A stretch of DNA of 64,000 nt, taken from Malacoraja senta. Taxonomy: Eukaryota. The notes beneath the pieces are model-generated. The model worked only from the letters and a program-made list of their open reading frames with translations, ran no database searches and was not told where the DNA came from. Of this stretch, positions 12,741-25,637 are shown piece by piece. Where the stretch lies: assembly GCA_038087875.1 (NCBI GenBank), contig CM075998.1, positions 6,078,001 to 6,142,000 of the forward strand. Reading direction: 5' to 3'. The position numbers and the translations under genes were made by a program. Numbering within the stretch: the first letter of the stretch is position 1; every line of letters starts with the position of its first letter.

Positions 12741-13722
12741 TTATAAAACAGAACTCAAAATAGTATCTGCAAAAGTCACAGGTTTGGCAACTGGCTTATT
12801 ATAAAATTCTCGAAAGGTCTTCTCCCTGGACCATCCTGCCGTACCCAGGATGTGATCCATTGGAACCTCCATTTGCCGTGCAGCCGATGTGGCTGCAGCC
12901 CTGGTGGAATGAGATTTGAAAATATCAGTATCCACCCCTGCAGCCCCCAAAACATGTCGAAGCCATCTAGATATAGTTTGGACCGATACCCTATTGTGAG
13001 GTCTTTTGTGGCTCACTAATAGTGCCAATTCTTGGCCTCTTACTTTAGCTGTTAGCTCAACGTATAGTAACAGATGTGTCATGTCGCATAGACGAACATC
13101 TGTAGGGTATGCCCGAAACTAGTTTAAGGCCGGATGACCCAGGCCTGTTTTGTTTTACCAATTCATGGATATAAAATGTTATATTATATGTCCCTTTGGC
13201 CATCGAGTCCAGTCATAATTTGTGTAAAGATTGCACCCGCTGGGCCGAGACCAGTGCCATCAGCATTACCAATTTAAGGGTAAGTTTCTCCAGGGACAGG
13301 GACGTTGCTGGTGACCAACCCCGAAGCAACGTCAAAACAATACTCACATCCCAAATGTGGGAGTATCTGGCCCTAGGGGGATTGGAGTTGAATATACCCC
13401 TCATTAATTTGGAAACCAAGGGGTGAGATCCCAGGGAATGGTGGTCGAATCCCCGCCACAAATAGGTCGATAGGGCACTCCTGGCACTGTTGATGGCACT
13501 GTAGCTAAGCCCTTCATCGAAATGAAGGTTAGCGAGGAACTCCAGGACATTAGTTACGGTGGCTGAGTTATACTCAATATTAGTCCTGGAACAATAACGT
13601 TCCCATTTCCTGATGCAAGTCAGGTACTGTTTCCTGGTAGACTCTCTTTGTGCCGCCGTGATCATGTTGATGGTTCGGTCCGTCAGTCCAAGATCCAGAA
13701 GTGGCCTGTTCAAATTCTGCAA
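12741..13722 (-). pseudogene. DIRS tyrosine recombinase (frameshifted)
   Basis: Catalytic-type motifs AQRVQSL, HSTRAAATS and AGWS...F..FY in ORFs 13213-13722 and 12741-13082. Confidence 0.9.
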
Positions 13723-13794
13723 ATTAACAGATTAGTCCTGTCATGGCATGGATGACTTTCGCCAGTTACAGGATGGACCATCAAGACTGGTCTT

Positions 13795-14990
13795 TTAGTG
13801 ACGGCCATTACATGGTTCTGAAACCATGTCGAGAATCATAGGGAACCATGGCTGGGTAGGCCAGTCGGGTACTACCAACCTACCTGACGCAGAGTCTTGT
13901 TGTATTTTGCGTAAGACCCGACTGATGAGGCAGAAGGGGGGAAATGCATAGAAAAACAAAATTTCCCCAGTGCAGCGAAAATTCATCCATCGCTGCTGCC
14001 CCAGGGTCTGGTTCCCAAGCAACATATGTCGGCAACTGGTGGTTAAGCCTAGATGCAAATAGATCGATATCTGGTGTTCCATATCGTGCTACGATGTCTG
14101 CAAACACTTTGGGGTCCAACATCCATTCGGTGTTGTCATTAAATTTTCGTGACCTGGTGTCTGCCACTGAATTAAGTTTACCTGGTATATAAATAGCAGA
14201 TATCCAAATGCTTATGTTGATACACCATTGCCAGATTGAATTGGCCAGATCATCACATGATATCGATCTGATTCCACCCATGTGATTAATATAAGCCACC
14301 ACAGTAGTATTATCTATTTGCAGGCGAACATGCAGATGATGCATTTTTGAACAGTATGCCTTCAGACCATAGAATGCTCCCAACATTTCCAAATAATTTA
14401 TACCAAGTGTATAAAGTAGAGATGATTCATGCGCATCCCATCTGCCACCACAACTGGAGATGGTGTTGGTGGCACCCCAACCTTGAGCGCTGGCATCAGT
14501 CTGTAATACAACTGACGGGTTGCTAATAATAATGGAGCTGAAGGAACGCCGGATGTTATGCGTCCACCATCGGAGTTCCAAAATAGCTTTTGTTGGTAAT
14601 TGCATTGGTCTGTCGAAATGACCAGCATGATGTTTAAGTGCTTGCACCTTTGCTCTCTGTAAAGTTTGGTAGTGCAAAGGTCCAAACTGTGTGGCTGGAA
14701 AAGCAGCTACGAGTTTGCCAATCACCCTAGCTACTTGTCTGATGGATGGTTGACTGATGACAGCAAGGTTGCTGCAAACTTCCATTAATTCAGTTGCCTT
14801 GCCCCTAGGCAAAGTCACAGTCATGTGAACTAAATTAATGGTGAATCCCAAATAGTCCATAGTCATGGATGGTGTTAACTTTGATTTATCTGGATGAATG
14901 ATAAACCCCAGTTTCTCAAACAGACATATGGTAGCTGTAACAGCTGCTTTGGCTAATTTGTAGGTTTTACCCACGATTAGTATGTCATCT
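13795..14990 (-). pseudogene. DIRS pol: RT C-terminal part, RNase H and adenine-methyltransferase-like domain (N-terminal RT deleted, frameshifted)
   Basis: LDD (YLDD with a stop at Y) near 14990; YLG; TDAS, INYLE and DNTT RNase H motifs; DLFAS and FPPF...VVPDWPTQPW methyltransferase-like motifs. Confidence 0.9.
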
Positions 14991-15339
14991 AGCTAGGCCA
15001 TGACAATATGTTTTTGTTTCCGAAGAAACGCCAGAGTTGCTGCTGGGTACATGCTGAACCGGAGGAAGGTGTTTGTTTATGAATTCAATTTCGTATCCAT
15101 GAACACTATGCAGTATATAAGAATCAGAGGTTATTGAGCTCCATGCCTCACAAAACCAGTGTAACCTACCACCAACAAGTGTATCCATTGCACCCGCTAT
15201 GTCCTGGGAGGAACCAGACCCACCTACCTCCATGGTTACCAGTGGGGTGTTCATCTCTTCTTCTTCTGTTTCTTGGCTGGTTGAGATGCTGGAGTACGGG
15301 GTTGGCGCATCTTCCACGAAGGTTGCTCTGGGCCGCGGT

Positions 15340-16488
15340 CTAAAAAAGACCTCTGTCCTTGAGTTGCGGCCTTCGAGCTTTCACCAGCTTCGACGTGACG
15401 CGGCCTGCTGGTGGATGCGAGGGGTGCTGTCGCCGAGGTGTTTTGCCCGATGGAGCCTTGATGAGCCCGGCGGCTTTCGCCTCTTCATCCAGCTCTTTAA
15501 CCTGTTTGCAAAGGTTGCCCCCGAATAACAAAATTGGCGGCTGTGTGGTGTTGGTCTTGCACAGAGCCGCAAATTTGGGGTTCAAGGCTGGGCGGATGGC
15601 GTTTTTTCGGAAGCAGTTGATTTCAAACTGTGTATTGCAGAGGAGCGCCAGAGCATCTTGCTGAGCCTCTGTCATTTCCGAGTCATCCACCGACCGGGCA
15701 AATGCTGTAATCTCCGAGGCTAGAAGTTTGAGGATCTTCTGCATCTGCACCTCCTGTGCCCTGATACCTGCACCAATATGTCCCCAGATGGAGGGATTCA
15801 CTGCTGGAACATTGAGTGAGATACAGTTCCCTGGTGCCAGGTATTTTGCAGTGGTTTCATTAAGCGCCTGATCCTGTAATTGATGGGTGGAAAGGTAGTC
15901 AATGCTGGCTGCTAGTTCTGGTTGCAGCGGCTGCCCTGACTGTGGAGGCACCGCTAACTTCGTTACCATTCCCAGCATCTTCTCTTCTGGCACCCCCAGC
16001 ATACTTGAGGTATCTTCAGCCAACCCTTGTTCGGAGTCAGCCCAGAAATGACTCCCAATGCTCCCCCCTGTCGAGGGAGATACATTGTGCAGCCCTGAAA
16101 AAGGTGCTGCCATGGGCGTCCTAGGAGGCCCGTAGTGACGTGACTCCTTCTCCCGGAGTGTGTCACGGTGAAGCAATTGCTCCACTAGCTGCTCCAGACG
16201 GGATATGCGACCACTGTCGCTGTCTGCCGGCGGCGTTTGCTCATGGCCCGATACTTCGGAGTCCATGTGCGTGTCCCGCTTCCGTTTGGCGTTTCTGTCA
16301 GCCTGTGGTGACCCAGACTGCACAGGTGCCGGGACAGAGACTGCTGATCGCATAGATAGCGATGCTGCAGTCGGCCGCTGCTGACTCCCCGTGCTCTCGC
16401 GGTCCTCCTCAGCCAGTTTTTTAGCAGCCCGTTTGGACTTTGTACGAGTCTTGTCCATGGTTGTTCTTCCTATAACACAGAAAGACAC
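15340..16488 (-). CDS. DIRS gag-like ORF1 (382 aa)
   Basis: Long open frame at the 5' end of the DIRS; P..N..IW and LFG motifs typical of DIRS ORF1. Confidence 0.8.
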   Translation of the reverse strand: MSFCVIGRTTMDKTRTKSKRAAKKLAEEDRESTGSQQRPTAASLSMRSAVSVPAPVQSGSPQADRNAKRKRDTHMDSEVSGHEQTPPADSDSGRISRLEQLVEQLLHRDTLREKESRHYGPPRTPMAAPFSGLHNVSPSTGGSIGSHFWADSEQGLAEDTSSMLGVPEEKMLGMVTKLAVPPQSGQPLQPELAASIDYLSTHQLQDQALNETTAKYLAPGNCISLNVPAVNPSIWGHIGAGIRAQEVQMQKILKLLASEITAFARSVDDSEMTEAQQDALALLCNTQFEINCFRKNAIRPALNPKFAALCKTNTTQPPILLFGGNLCKQVKELDEEAKAAGLIKAPSGKTPRRQHPSHPPAGRVTSKLVKARRPQLKDRGLF

Positions 16489-18419
16489 TCCAAACGACCT
16501 CAGAGTAAGTACTTACCTGTAGGTCACTGGTTTTAAGCTTACCGCTGCGGGGAACGCTCCTCCCCGCCTGTTGCTGCGCAATGCGTTAGACGATATGTCG
16601 CGCATGCGCCCTGACGGGTTCTTCACCTAGTCACTCACGTGACTCCGAAGTCAAATCTACATGTAGATTGGGCCAACCAAATTGGTAACAGTGCTGAGGA
16701 GGAGGATTTCCTGGAATGTATACGGGATGGGTTTTTAAACCAATATGTAGAGGAACCGACTAGAGGGCAGGCTATCCTAGACTGGGTATTGTGTAATGAG
16801 GAAGGATTAGTTAGCGATCTTGTTGTGCAAGGCCCCTTGGGCAACAGTGACCATAATATGGTGGAATTCTGCATTAGGATGGAGAGTGACATTGTTAATT
16901 CAGAGACTAGGGTCCTGAACTTGAATAAAGAAGACTTTGAAGGTATGAGACGGGAATTGGCTAGGATAGACTGGCAAATTATACTTAAAGGGTTGACAGT
17001 GGAGATGCAATGGCAAAGATTTAAAGACCACATGGATGAACTCCAGAAATTGTTCATCCCTGTCTGGGGAAAAAATAAAACTGGGAAGGCGGCTCAACCG
17101 TGGCTGACGAGGGAAGTCAAGGATAGTGTTAAAGCCAAGGAAGAGGCATATAAATTGGCCAGAAGAAGCGGCAAACCAGAGGACTGGGAGAAATTTAGAA
17201 CTCAACAGAGGAGGACAAAGGGGTTAATTAAGATGGGGGGGGGGGGGGGGAGAGCATGAAAGAAAGCTTGCGGGGAATATAAAAACTGACTGTAAAAGTT
17301 TCTTTAGGTATGTAAAAAGGAAAAGATTAATGAAGAATGTAGGTCCCTTACAGTCAGAGACAGATGAATTTATAATTGGAAACAAGGAAATGGCAGAACA
17401 GTTAAACAAGTACTTTGGTTCTGTCTTCACTAAGGAAGACACAAACAATCTCCTAGATATACTAGGGGACCGAGGAGGAACTGAAGGAAATCCACATTAG
17501 TCAGAAAATGGTGTTAGGTAAACTGTTGGGACTGAAAGTAGATAAATCCCCAGGGCCTGATGGGCTACATCCCACAGTACTCAAGGACGTGGCCCTAGAA
17601 ATCATGGATGTATTGGTGATCATTTTCCAATGTTCTCTCGAATCTGGATCAGTTCCTGTGGACTGGTGGGTAGCCAATGTAACTCCACTTTTTAAGAAAG
17701 GAGGGAGAGCGAAATCAGGGAATTATAGACCAGTTAGCCTTACATCAGTAGTGGGGAAGATGCTTGAGTCAATTATTAAAGAGGTTATAGCAGTGCATTT
17801 GGAAAGCAGTGACAGGATCGGTCAAAGTCAGCATGGATTTATGAAGGGGAAATCATGCTCGACTCATCTTCTGGAATTTTTTGAGGATGTAACAAGTAGA
17901 ATAGATAAGGGAGAGCCAGTGGATGTGGTGTATCTGGACTTTCAAAAAGCCTTTGACAAGGTCCCACACAAGAGATTAGTGGGCAAAATTAGAGCACATG
18001 GTATTGTGGGTAGGGTATTGACATGGATAGAGAAGTGGTTGTCAGACAGGAAGCAAAGAGTAGGAATTAACAAGTCCTTTTCAGAATGGCAGGCAGTGAC
18101 TAGTGGGGTGCCGCAAGGCTCAGTGCTGAGACCCCAGTTATTTACAATATATATTAATGATTTAGACAAGGGAATTAAATGTAACATCTCTAAGTTTACA
18201 AAGCTAGCTGGCAGTGTGAGCTGAGAGGAGGATGCTATGTGGCTGCAGGGTGACTTGGATAGGTTGTGTGAGTGGGCAGAAGCATGGCAGGTGCAGTATA
18301 ATGTGGATAGATGTGAGGTTATCCACTTTGGTGGCAAGAACTGGAAGGCAGATTATTATCTGAATGGTGTCAGATTAGGAAAAGGGGTGGTGCAACGAGT
18401 CCTGGGTGTCCTTGTACAA

Positions 18420-19095
18420 TAAAGCACATCAATGCCTCTACTTCCTGCGAAGATTACAGAGATTCAGTATATTAGAGAGGATTCTCTTGAACTTCTACAG
18501 GTATACAGTAGAGAGCATATTGACTGGTTGCATCATGGCCTGGTTTGGCAACTTGAACACCTGGGAGCGGAAAAGACTGCAAAATTAGTGACCACTGCCC
18601 AGTCTATCACCGGCTCTGACCTCCCCACCATCAAAGGGATCTATCGGAGTTGCTGCCTCGAAACGGCAGCCAGCATCATCAGAGACCCACTCCATCCTGG
18701 CCACACTCTCATTTCACCCCTGCCATCGGGAAGAAGGTACAGGAGCCTGAGAACTGCAAAGTTCAGATTCAGGAACAGCTTTTTCCCTGCAGCCATCAGG
18801 TTATTGAACACCACAACCTCATAAGCTCTGAAATTCAATAGACTATTATTATTATTATTATTATCATTATTATTGCACTACTATTGTTTGTTTTTTGAAT
18901 GTGTGTGTGTGTCTGCATATATATATGGATATATGTGTGTACTTGTGGGTATGTGTGTTTATACACACTGAACCTTTTTTTCTCTCTCTCGTTTATCATA
19001 TTGTTTACAGTGTATTATGTTTACATATTCTGTTGTGCTGCAGCAAGTACGAATTTCATTGTCCTATCTGGGACATATGACAATAAAACACTCTA
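18420..19095 (+). mobile_element. Rex1/Babar-like LINE 3' fragment
   Basis: KAHQCLYFLRRL and LPSGRRYRS..RFRNSFFP motifs; tail GAATTTCATTGTCC...ACAATAAA. Related tails at 420-600, 905-1060, 26390-26745 and about 59850. Confidence 0.75.
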
Positions 19096-19099
19096 GGCT

Positions 19100-19655
19100 C
19101 TCTTAGAGATTAGAGATTAGAGATTCCTTTATTTGTCATTCAGACCTTTCGGTCTGAACGAAATTTCGTTGCCTGCAGTCATACATATAATAATAATTAA
19201 CAAAACACACAATAAAAACAAATTAACATCCACCACAGTGAGTTCACCAGGCACCTCCTCACTGTGATGGAGGCGAAAGTCTTAAAGTCTCTGTCTCTTC
19301 CCTCTTTGTTCTCCCTCTGCGCTGAGGCGATCCAGGCTTCTGATGTTGTGACCCCGCCGGGTGATGGTAAGTCAGTCCCGCGGCTGAATCCATGCTCCGC
19401 GACGGGCCGGTTCAAACTCCGCGGCCCGGGGTGGCCGAAGCTGCCGAAGCTGCCGCCCTCCAGTCCAGCGGACGCAGCTGTAGTTGCATGAGCTCCAGAA
19501 AAACAGGTCACCCACCTGTGACCTGCGAGCTCCCGATGATGTCGTCCACTGGGCCAGCTGCGGCCGAGCCTCCGGATTCAGGTCGCCACCAGTGTCTTTG
19601 GTCGCCACCGCCGGAACGCTGGAATGCCACTGCAGCCCCGAAGTTGACTCATGAC
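19100..19655 (-). mobile_element. GC-rich non-coding retroposon with LINE-type 3' tail (family also at 45850-46604 and 53185-53480)
   Basis: Shared CATCCACCACAG...TCACTGTGATGGAAGGC block and GCGAGCTCCCGAT core; microsatellite tail at the left end. Confidence 0.65.
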
Positions 19656-20659
19656 ATCAGTCACTGAAAGTAAGCGTGCAGGTACAGCAGGCAGTGAAGA
19701 AAGCTAATTGCGAGGGGATTGAGTTGAGGAGCAAGGAGGTCCTACTGCAGTTGCACAGGGCCCTGGTGAGACCGCACCTGTAGTATTGTATGCAATTTTG
19801 GTCTCCTAATTTGAGGAAGGACATTACTGCTATTGAGGGAGTGCAGTGTAGGTTCAACAGGTTAATTCCCGGGATGGCAGGACTGATGTATGATGAAAGA
19901 ATGGGTCGACTGGGCTTGTATTCGCTGGAATTTAGAAGGATGAGATAAAATTCTTAGAGTATTGGACTGGGTAGATGCATGAAAAATGTTCCTGATGTTG
20001 GGGGAGTCCAGAACAACGGGTCACAATTTATGAATAAGGGGTAGGCCATTTAGGACAGAGATGAGGAAAAACATTTTTACCCAGAGGGTTGTGAATCTGT
20101 GGAATTCTCTGCCACAGAAGGCAGTGGAGGCCAATTCACTGGATGTTTTCAAGAGAAAGTTAGATTTAGCTCTTAGGGCTAATGGAATCAAGGAATATGG
20201 GGAAAAAAGCTGGAACGGGGTACTGTTTTTTGTTGATCAGCCATGATCATGTTGAATGGAGGTGCTGGCTCAAAGGGCCGAATGGCACCTATTTTCTATG
20301 TTTCTATGAGGTAGTTTAATCAGAAATTTCGCAGCATACTAAGAATGAATTAAATCTAATCGAAAACTAACTGTAAGACAGTGAGCAGTCCTCAGTCATT
20401 CCCTGGAAAGTCCCAACTCCTTAAAAGAAACAGCCAGTGACATCACGATGGGGACGGTGGTGATTTTGCCGACTGAACAATTCAAAAAGGTTGGCAACTG
20501 CTGATCAGAAGGGCCTAAGTGTAACAGAAGCCTGATAAACTCAGCCTTGGAGCCAAATCCTGAGGTTAACTCATGGGAAAGACTGCCACCTACTGTAAGG
20601 CTTTGCTCAAGTCATTTCAGCACAAAATGGTTGAAGTTTGACAACAGTCCTTTGTTCTG

Positions 20660-21435
20660 TGGTACACATAAATGCTGGAGAAACTCAGCGGGTGCAGCAG
20701 CATCTATGGAGCGAAGGAAATAGGTAACGTTTCGGGACGAAACCCTTCTTCAGACTGATAGGGGGTGGGGAGAAGAAAGGAAAAAAGGAAAAAGGCGGAG
20801 GAGGAGTCCGAGGGCTGGGGGAGGGGAGGAGACAACCAGATGGCTGATGAAGGGGAGGGGACAGCAAGGGCTAGCAGAGTTGGGAGAATTCAATGTTCAA
20901 GCCCCCAGGATGTAGACTGCCCAAGCGGAATATGAGGTGCATTTCCTCCAATTTACGGTGTTGCTCGCTGTGGCCATGGAGGAGACCCAGGACAGAGAGG
21001 TCAGATACGGAATGGGAGGGGGAGTTGAAGTGCTGAGCCACCGGGAGTTCAGGTTGGTTATTGCGGACCGACCGGAGGTGTTCGGCGAAACGATCGCCAA
21101 GCCTCCGCTTGGTCTCACCGATGTAGATCAGCTGGCATCTAGAGCAGCGAATGCAATAGATGAGGTTGGAGGAGATGCAGGTGAACCTCTGTCGCACCTG
21201 GAACGACTGCTTGGGTCCTTGAATGGAGTAGAGGGGGGAGGTGAAGGGACAAGTGTTGCATCTCTTGCGGTTGCAAGGGAAAGTACCAGGGGAGGGGGTG
21301 GTATGGGAGGGAAGGGAAGAATTGACAAGGGAGTTACGGAGGGAGTGGTCTTTGCGGAAGGCAGACATGGGGGGAGATGGGAAGATGTGGCGAGTGGTGG
21401 GGTCACGTTGGAGGTGGCGAAACTGACGGAGGATC
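20660..21435 (-). mobile_element. Penelope-like element 3' fragment with open GIY-YIG endonuclease frame
   Basis: ORF 20871-21437: C..C...NLIYCIRC..C..IYIGETKR...RF.EH...HFN...E...GLN. Near-identical copies at 32578-33245, 34225-34737 and 59935-60512. Confidence 0.9.
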
Positions 21436-21954
21436 ACTTGTTGATCACTTGTCCTTTGTTCTGTCCTCTGCTGAAAGTGTCTCAGGTTGGGTAATGGTGA
21501 GAGGGTCTTTGGGAGCCCTCAGCCACATCACCTGGGTACCCAGTCTTCTTTCATTGGAGGCAATCTTGGGAAGAATGAATGCTGCTCAAAATGGAGAATG
21601 CTCGCCGTGCTGGACACAAAAAGCTGGAGTAACTCAGCGGGACAGGCAGCATCTATGGAGAGAAGGAATGGGTGATGTTTCAGGTCGAGACACTTCTTCA
21701 GACTTTCTCGGCCTGAAACGTCACCCATTCCTTCTCTCCAGAGATGCTGCCTGTCCCGCTGAGTTACTCCAGCATTTTATGTCTATCTGGGGTTTAAACC
21801 AGCATCTGCAGTTCCTTCCTACATGTGCTTGGCATGCTCACAACTCTGCACTAATCAAACACGGAATCCCTCATATATGTGCATGTATTTACTCACTTCT
21901 GCTCTCACACATACATACACTTACAGTTATAGGCACATACACTGAACACTGCAC

Positions 21955-22372
21955 TGAATACGCTGAACACCTCCGCTCAGTCCGTCTTAACCTATCTGAT
22001 CTCCCGGTGGCTCAGCACTTTAACTCCCCCTCCCATTCCCAATCTGACCTTTCTGTCCTGGGCCTCCTCCATTGTCAGAGTGAGGCCCAGCACAAATTGG
22101 AGGAACTGCGTCTCATATTTCACTTGGGTAGTTTACACCCCAGCGGTATGAACATTGACTTCTCTAACTTCAAGTAGCCCTTGCTTTCCCTCTCTCTCCA
22201 TCCCCTTCCCAGTTCTCCCACTAGTCTTACTGTCTCTGCCTACATTATATCTTTGTCCCGTCCCCTCCCCTGACATCAGACTGAAGGGTTGCGACCCGAA
22301 ACGTCACCCATTCCTTCTCTCCAGAGATGTTGCCTCACCCGCTGAGTTACTCCAGCTTGTTGTGCCTACCTT
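21955..22372 (+). mobile_element. Penelope-like 3' fragment
   Basis: EHLRSVR...VAQHFN...GMNIDF followed by terminal repeat. Confidence 0.8.
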
Positions 22373-22630
22373 AGGCACATACATCTGTCATTGTCACACT
22401 CATTCACTCTCCCATGCACACTGCCACACACACACACACACACTCATTCATACATGCAGTCACTCACACACTATCACACATACTCGCTTGTTCACTCTCC
22501 TATACAAATGCTTACATGCAACCTCTGTCACTCGCACACATATATGCCCTCTCATTTGCACACACTCTCTCCCACACACACTGGTGCATATTATCTTTCA
22601 GACACTCTCACAAACACATACTCTCCTACT

Positions 22631-24721
22631 CCTCATCGGATCATTTACCTTGTCGTGGTGACGAGGCTTGCGTGATTCCGGGAGTGATGCCGTCGGAAGC
22701 ACCAGCTTCCGGTAGGGCCACTCATGGCGGTAAGGTCGAGGATGAGGGGCCAGACCAAGAACGATCCAACCTACACGACCTCAACGGCGGACCAGGCGGA
22801 CAAAGTCATCTTGAACTCAACGGCTGTGAAGGCGGATGAAGGCTGCAATCAGCTCCAGTCGTCTTGGTTCCCTTGCCATTGGAATGAGTTGATTGATTTG
22901 TGAAGGACCGCGTGCTTCTTGGAGTACAACAGCAAGTACACGTTAAACACACACACGCACAGGTTCGTTCTGTGAGCAGCACAAAACTTCTCAAGACATT
23001 CGGCGATCAGGGAAGGGTGACGGGAGCAGGCCACGTGATGGCTGGAAGCTCCTAGTCAAAAACCGGCACGGAAGCGGTGAATACTTGATTCACCCGCTCA
23101 ACTTTGGACAGAAGCAGGAAAGTTGTTCGGTAGCAGTATTCATGTCTGAGCAGCCCTATTTAGGATCCACTCTGCTCACCCTGAACTAGGAAGGGGCTAG
23201 AAAAGGTGCCCTAAAAATAGTCTGCTTCGCCTCGTCCTGTCTGGAAAGCCACATCCAGAGGGATCACCATCATGCGGTCGAAAACCATCAAGAAGCGAAA
23301 CTATGAAACTCGGAACATGGAATATACGAACACTGATGGACAACCCAAACTCAGACCGACCAGAGAGAAAGAACCACCTTAGTTGCTCGGGATCTCCGAA
23401 AATTCAGCTTTGACATTGTTGCTCTGAGTGAGACCCGCAGAGCTGGAGAAGGGCAACTAAAGGAAGAACAAGGTCAATACACCTTTTTCTGGAAAGGTCT
23501 TGATCCTGAACAACCGGGATCCACGGAGTGGGTTTTGCCATCCGAAACAGCCTATTTCAGAAGCTGACAGAGCAACCACTGGGAATCAATGAACGTTTTA
23601 TGACTCTACGAATCCAGCTCGTCAAGAACCAATACACCACCAGGATTTGAAATCGTCTACAGAACAGATGGCAGACTTTTCAATCTTGCCCGTCTCAAGT
23701 CCAAAACAAAGACATCTATGAGCTCCCTCATCGAGTTCCAATACGCAGACGACAACTGTGTTGCAGCTCTCTCAGAAAATCATCTGCAACAGATCCCGAC
23801 TGCCTTCAACAGTGCATACACGAAACTTGGACTTACCATCAACTCCAAGAAGACTCGGGTTATCTACCAATCGTCACCAACTGAGACAAATTGGAAAGAA
23901 CCATCAATTCAACTTGGTGAAACAACCCTGGAAAATGTGGATCACTTTCCGTACCTTGGATGTCACCTCTCCTCCAATGTCGACCTTGATGACGAGATCC
24001 AACATTGTCTTAAGTGTGCTGGAACAGCTTTTGGACTTCTTCGAACGAGAGTCTTTCAAAATCGTGACATCCGAACAGACACCAAAATGTTAGTGTACAA
24101 TGCAGTGGTGATTCCAACGCTCCTGTATGCATCAGAAACCTGGACAACATGCCGGCACCATCTGAAAACACTTGAAAAGTTCCATCAACAATGTCTTCGA
24201 AGCAGCTTAAATATCAGCTGAGAAGACAGAAGAATCAACGTCAGCGTGCTGAATGAAGCAGAAACATCTAGCATCGAAGCCTTCGTCATCAAGAACCAAC
24301 TAACATGGGTCGGTCATGTTGTTCGGATGGAAGATGAGCGTCCACCATAGCAAACCTTCTACTCCCAGCTTAAAGAAGGCAAACGTAAAAGAGGCGGACA
24401 AAAGAAGAGATTTAAAGACGCCTTAAAAGCCAGCATGAAGAAATGTGAAATCGACATCGACAATTGGGAAACCAATGCCAAGGAACCATCATCCAAGAAG
24501 CAACAGCGACCTTCGAAGCCAAGTGATGTGCAGAATTAGAAGAAAAGAGAAGAAAACGGAAACAGAGGCAGCAACAACCAAACCCCGATCTGCCATCTGG
24601 AATTATCTGTCCTGAAAGCCGAAGAACTTTCAGCCAGGATTGGACTCGTAAGCCACCTGAGAGTCCGTAAAAACAACGGAACGTAGACCATCATCCTCAA
24701 CCTCGAGCGATCGCCACGATG
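22631..24721 (+). mobile_element. RTE-clade LINE with intact 5' leader and large internal deletion
   Basis: GTWNIRTL and ALSETR endonuclease motifs joined directly to YADD RT (23718-24221); near-perfect 11-bp TSD ACTCT(C/T)CTACT. Confidence 0.88.
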
Positions 24722-25226
24722 ACTCTTCTACTGTTCAATTCCCTCTAGATTAAGGGTGACTCCGGCTCTTGTCTGTTCTGAGGCAGTTGATAAGGCCAAT
24801 GCTGGAACCCCAGATTTTTCTTTAAGCGGGTGGGTAGTTTGTGAGGGACTGCATTCTTCTGTCATTACTGCAGGGCTTTTGTGTGCTCCTGATGCACAAA
24901 CCCAAAGTTCTCATTACTATCTCAAACACTCTTCCTCCAGGGCACCAGAGGGCGCAGCTAGTGGAGCCGCTGCCTCCAGTTTTTATTCTTCCATGTTCTC
25001 ACCAGCTCTCTCCAGGATCTTCCACTCTCATATACAGTTGGGGAAATTTAAACTGGCCAATTAACAAACCAACCCAGAGTCTCAGGTTCAATCCTGACCC
25101 TGTATACTGTCTGGATGGATTTTACATGTTCTCCCTATGACTGTGAGTTTTCCCTGGGTGCTTTGATTTCCTGCAATATCGCAAAAACAGGTGGGTTGGT
25201 ACATTAATTGGCCAGTGTAACTTTCC

Positions 25227-25637
25227 CCCACTTCTCCGTGGATTGTCACCTTGTCGTGGTGGAGAAGCTTGTGTGGACCTGAGACCCTGAGAGCGATGCC
25301 GTCTGGAGCTATGCTCCTGGTAGGGCCACCCATGGCGGTAAGGTCAAGGGGGAGGTCTCTGACAAAGAGCAATCCAACCAAGACCTCAACGGTGGAGCAG
25401 GCGGAGGACGATGGCTGACCTTAGTGGAGCGTCACAACGGCTGGGAAGGCGGATGAAGGCTGCAGCAGAAAAGGGTCTCCGGTCGTCTTGGACTCCGTGC
25501 CACTGGATGCCGACCCAGATCTGTCAAGGACCGTGGGGTGGCTGTCTGTGCACCAGTCTCCCCACGTTAAACAAAGTCACGCACTGGCGTCCTCCAACCC
25601 TGGAGACACCCATGGTCAGCCATGGGGGGGCCTAAGA
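25227..25637 (+). mobile_element. Short non-autonomous RTE-derived element (5' leader only), inserted in a SINE
   Basis: Homologous to the 22638-22950 RTE leader; flanked by AACTTTCC direct repeat. Confidence 0.7.

Larger units (their letters stand above)
12239..16656 (-). mobile_element. DIRS1-like tyrosine-recombinase retrotransposon, structurally complete, inserted in CR1
   Basis: Inverted termini (12310-12348 vs 16592-16626). Internal complementary region 12455-12567 matches both ends. gag, RT/RNaseH/MTase and YR ORFs present. CR1 sequence TTTAAT|CTACATGTAG rejoins across it. Confidence 0.95.
16657..20308 (+). mobile_element. CR1 LINE continuation (ORF2 RT and 3' UTR), interrupted at 18420-19655
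   Basis: [28 protein letters not shown] and GVPQGS motifs; (TTCTATG)n tail near 20295-20308; CR1 sequence GTCCTTGTACA|TCAGTCACTG rejoins across the insertions. Confidence 0.92.

Noticed and set aside
21377..22177. 266-aa ORF
   Set aside because: Chance read-through of several unrelated repeat fragments.
22638..22770. Assignment of the RTE leader as an HDV or twister ribozyme
   Set aside because: Could not place the required cores; kept only as an unclassified structure.
22155..22839. His/Thr-rich ORFs
   Set aside because: Translation of degenerate (CA)n sequence; not protein-like.
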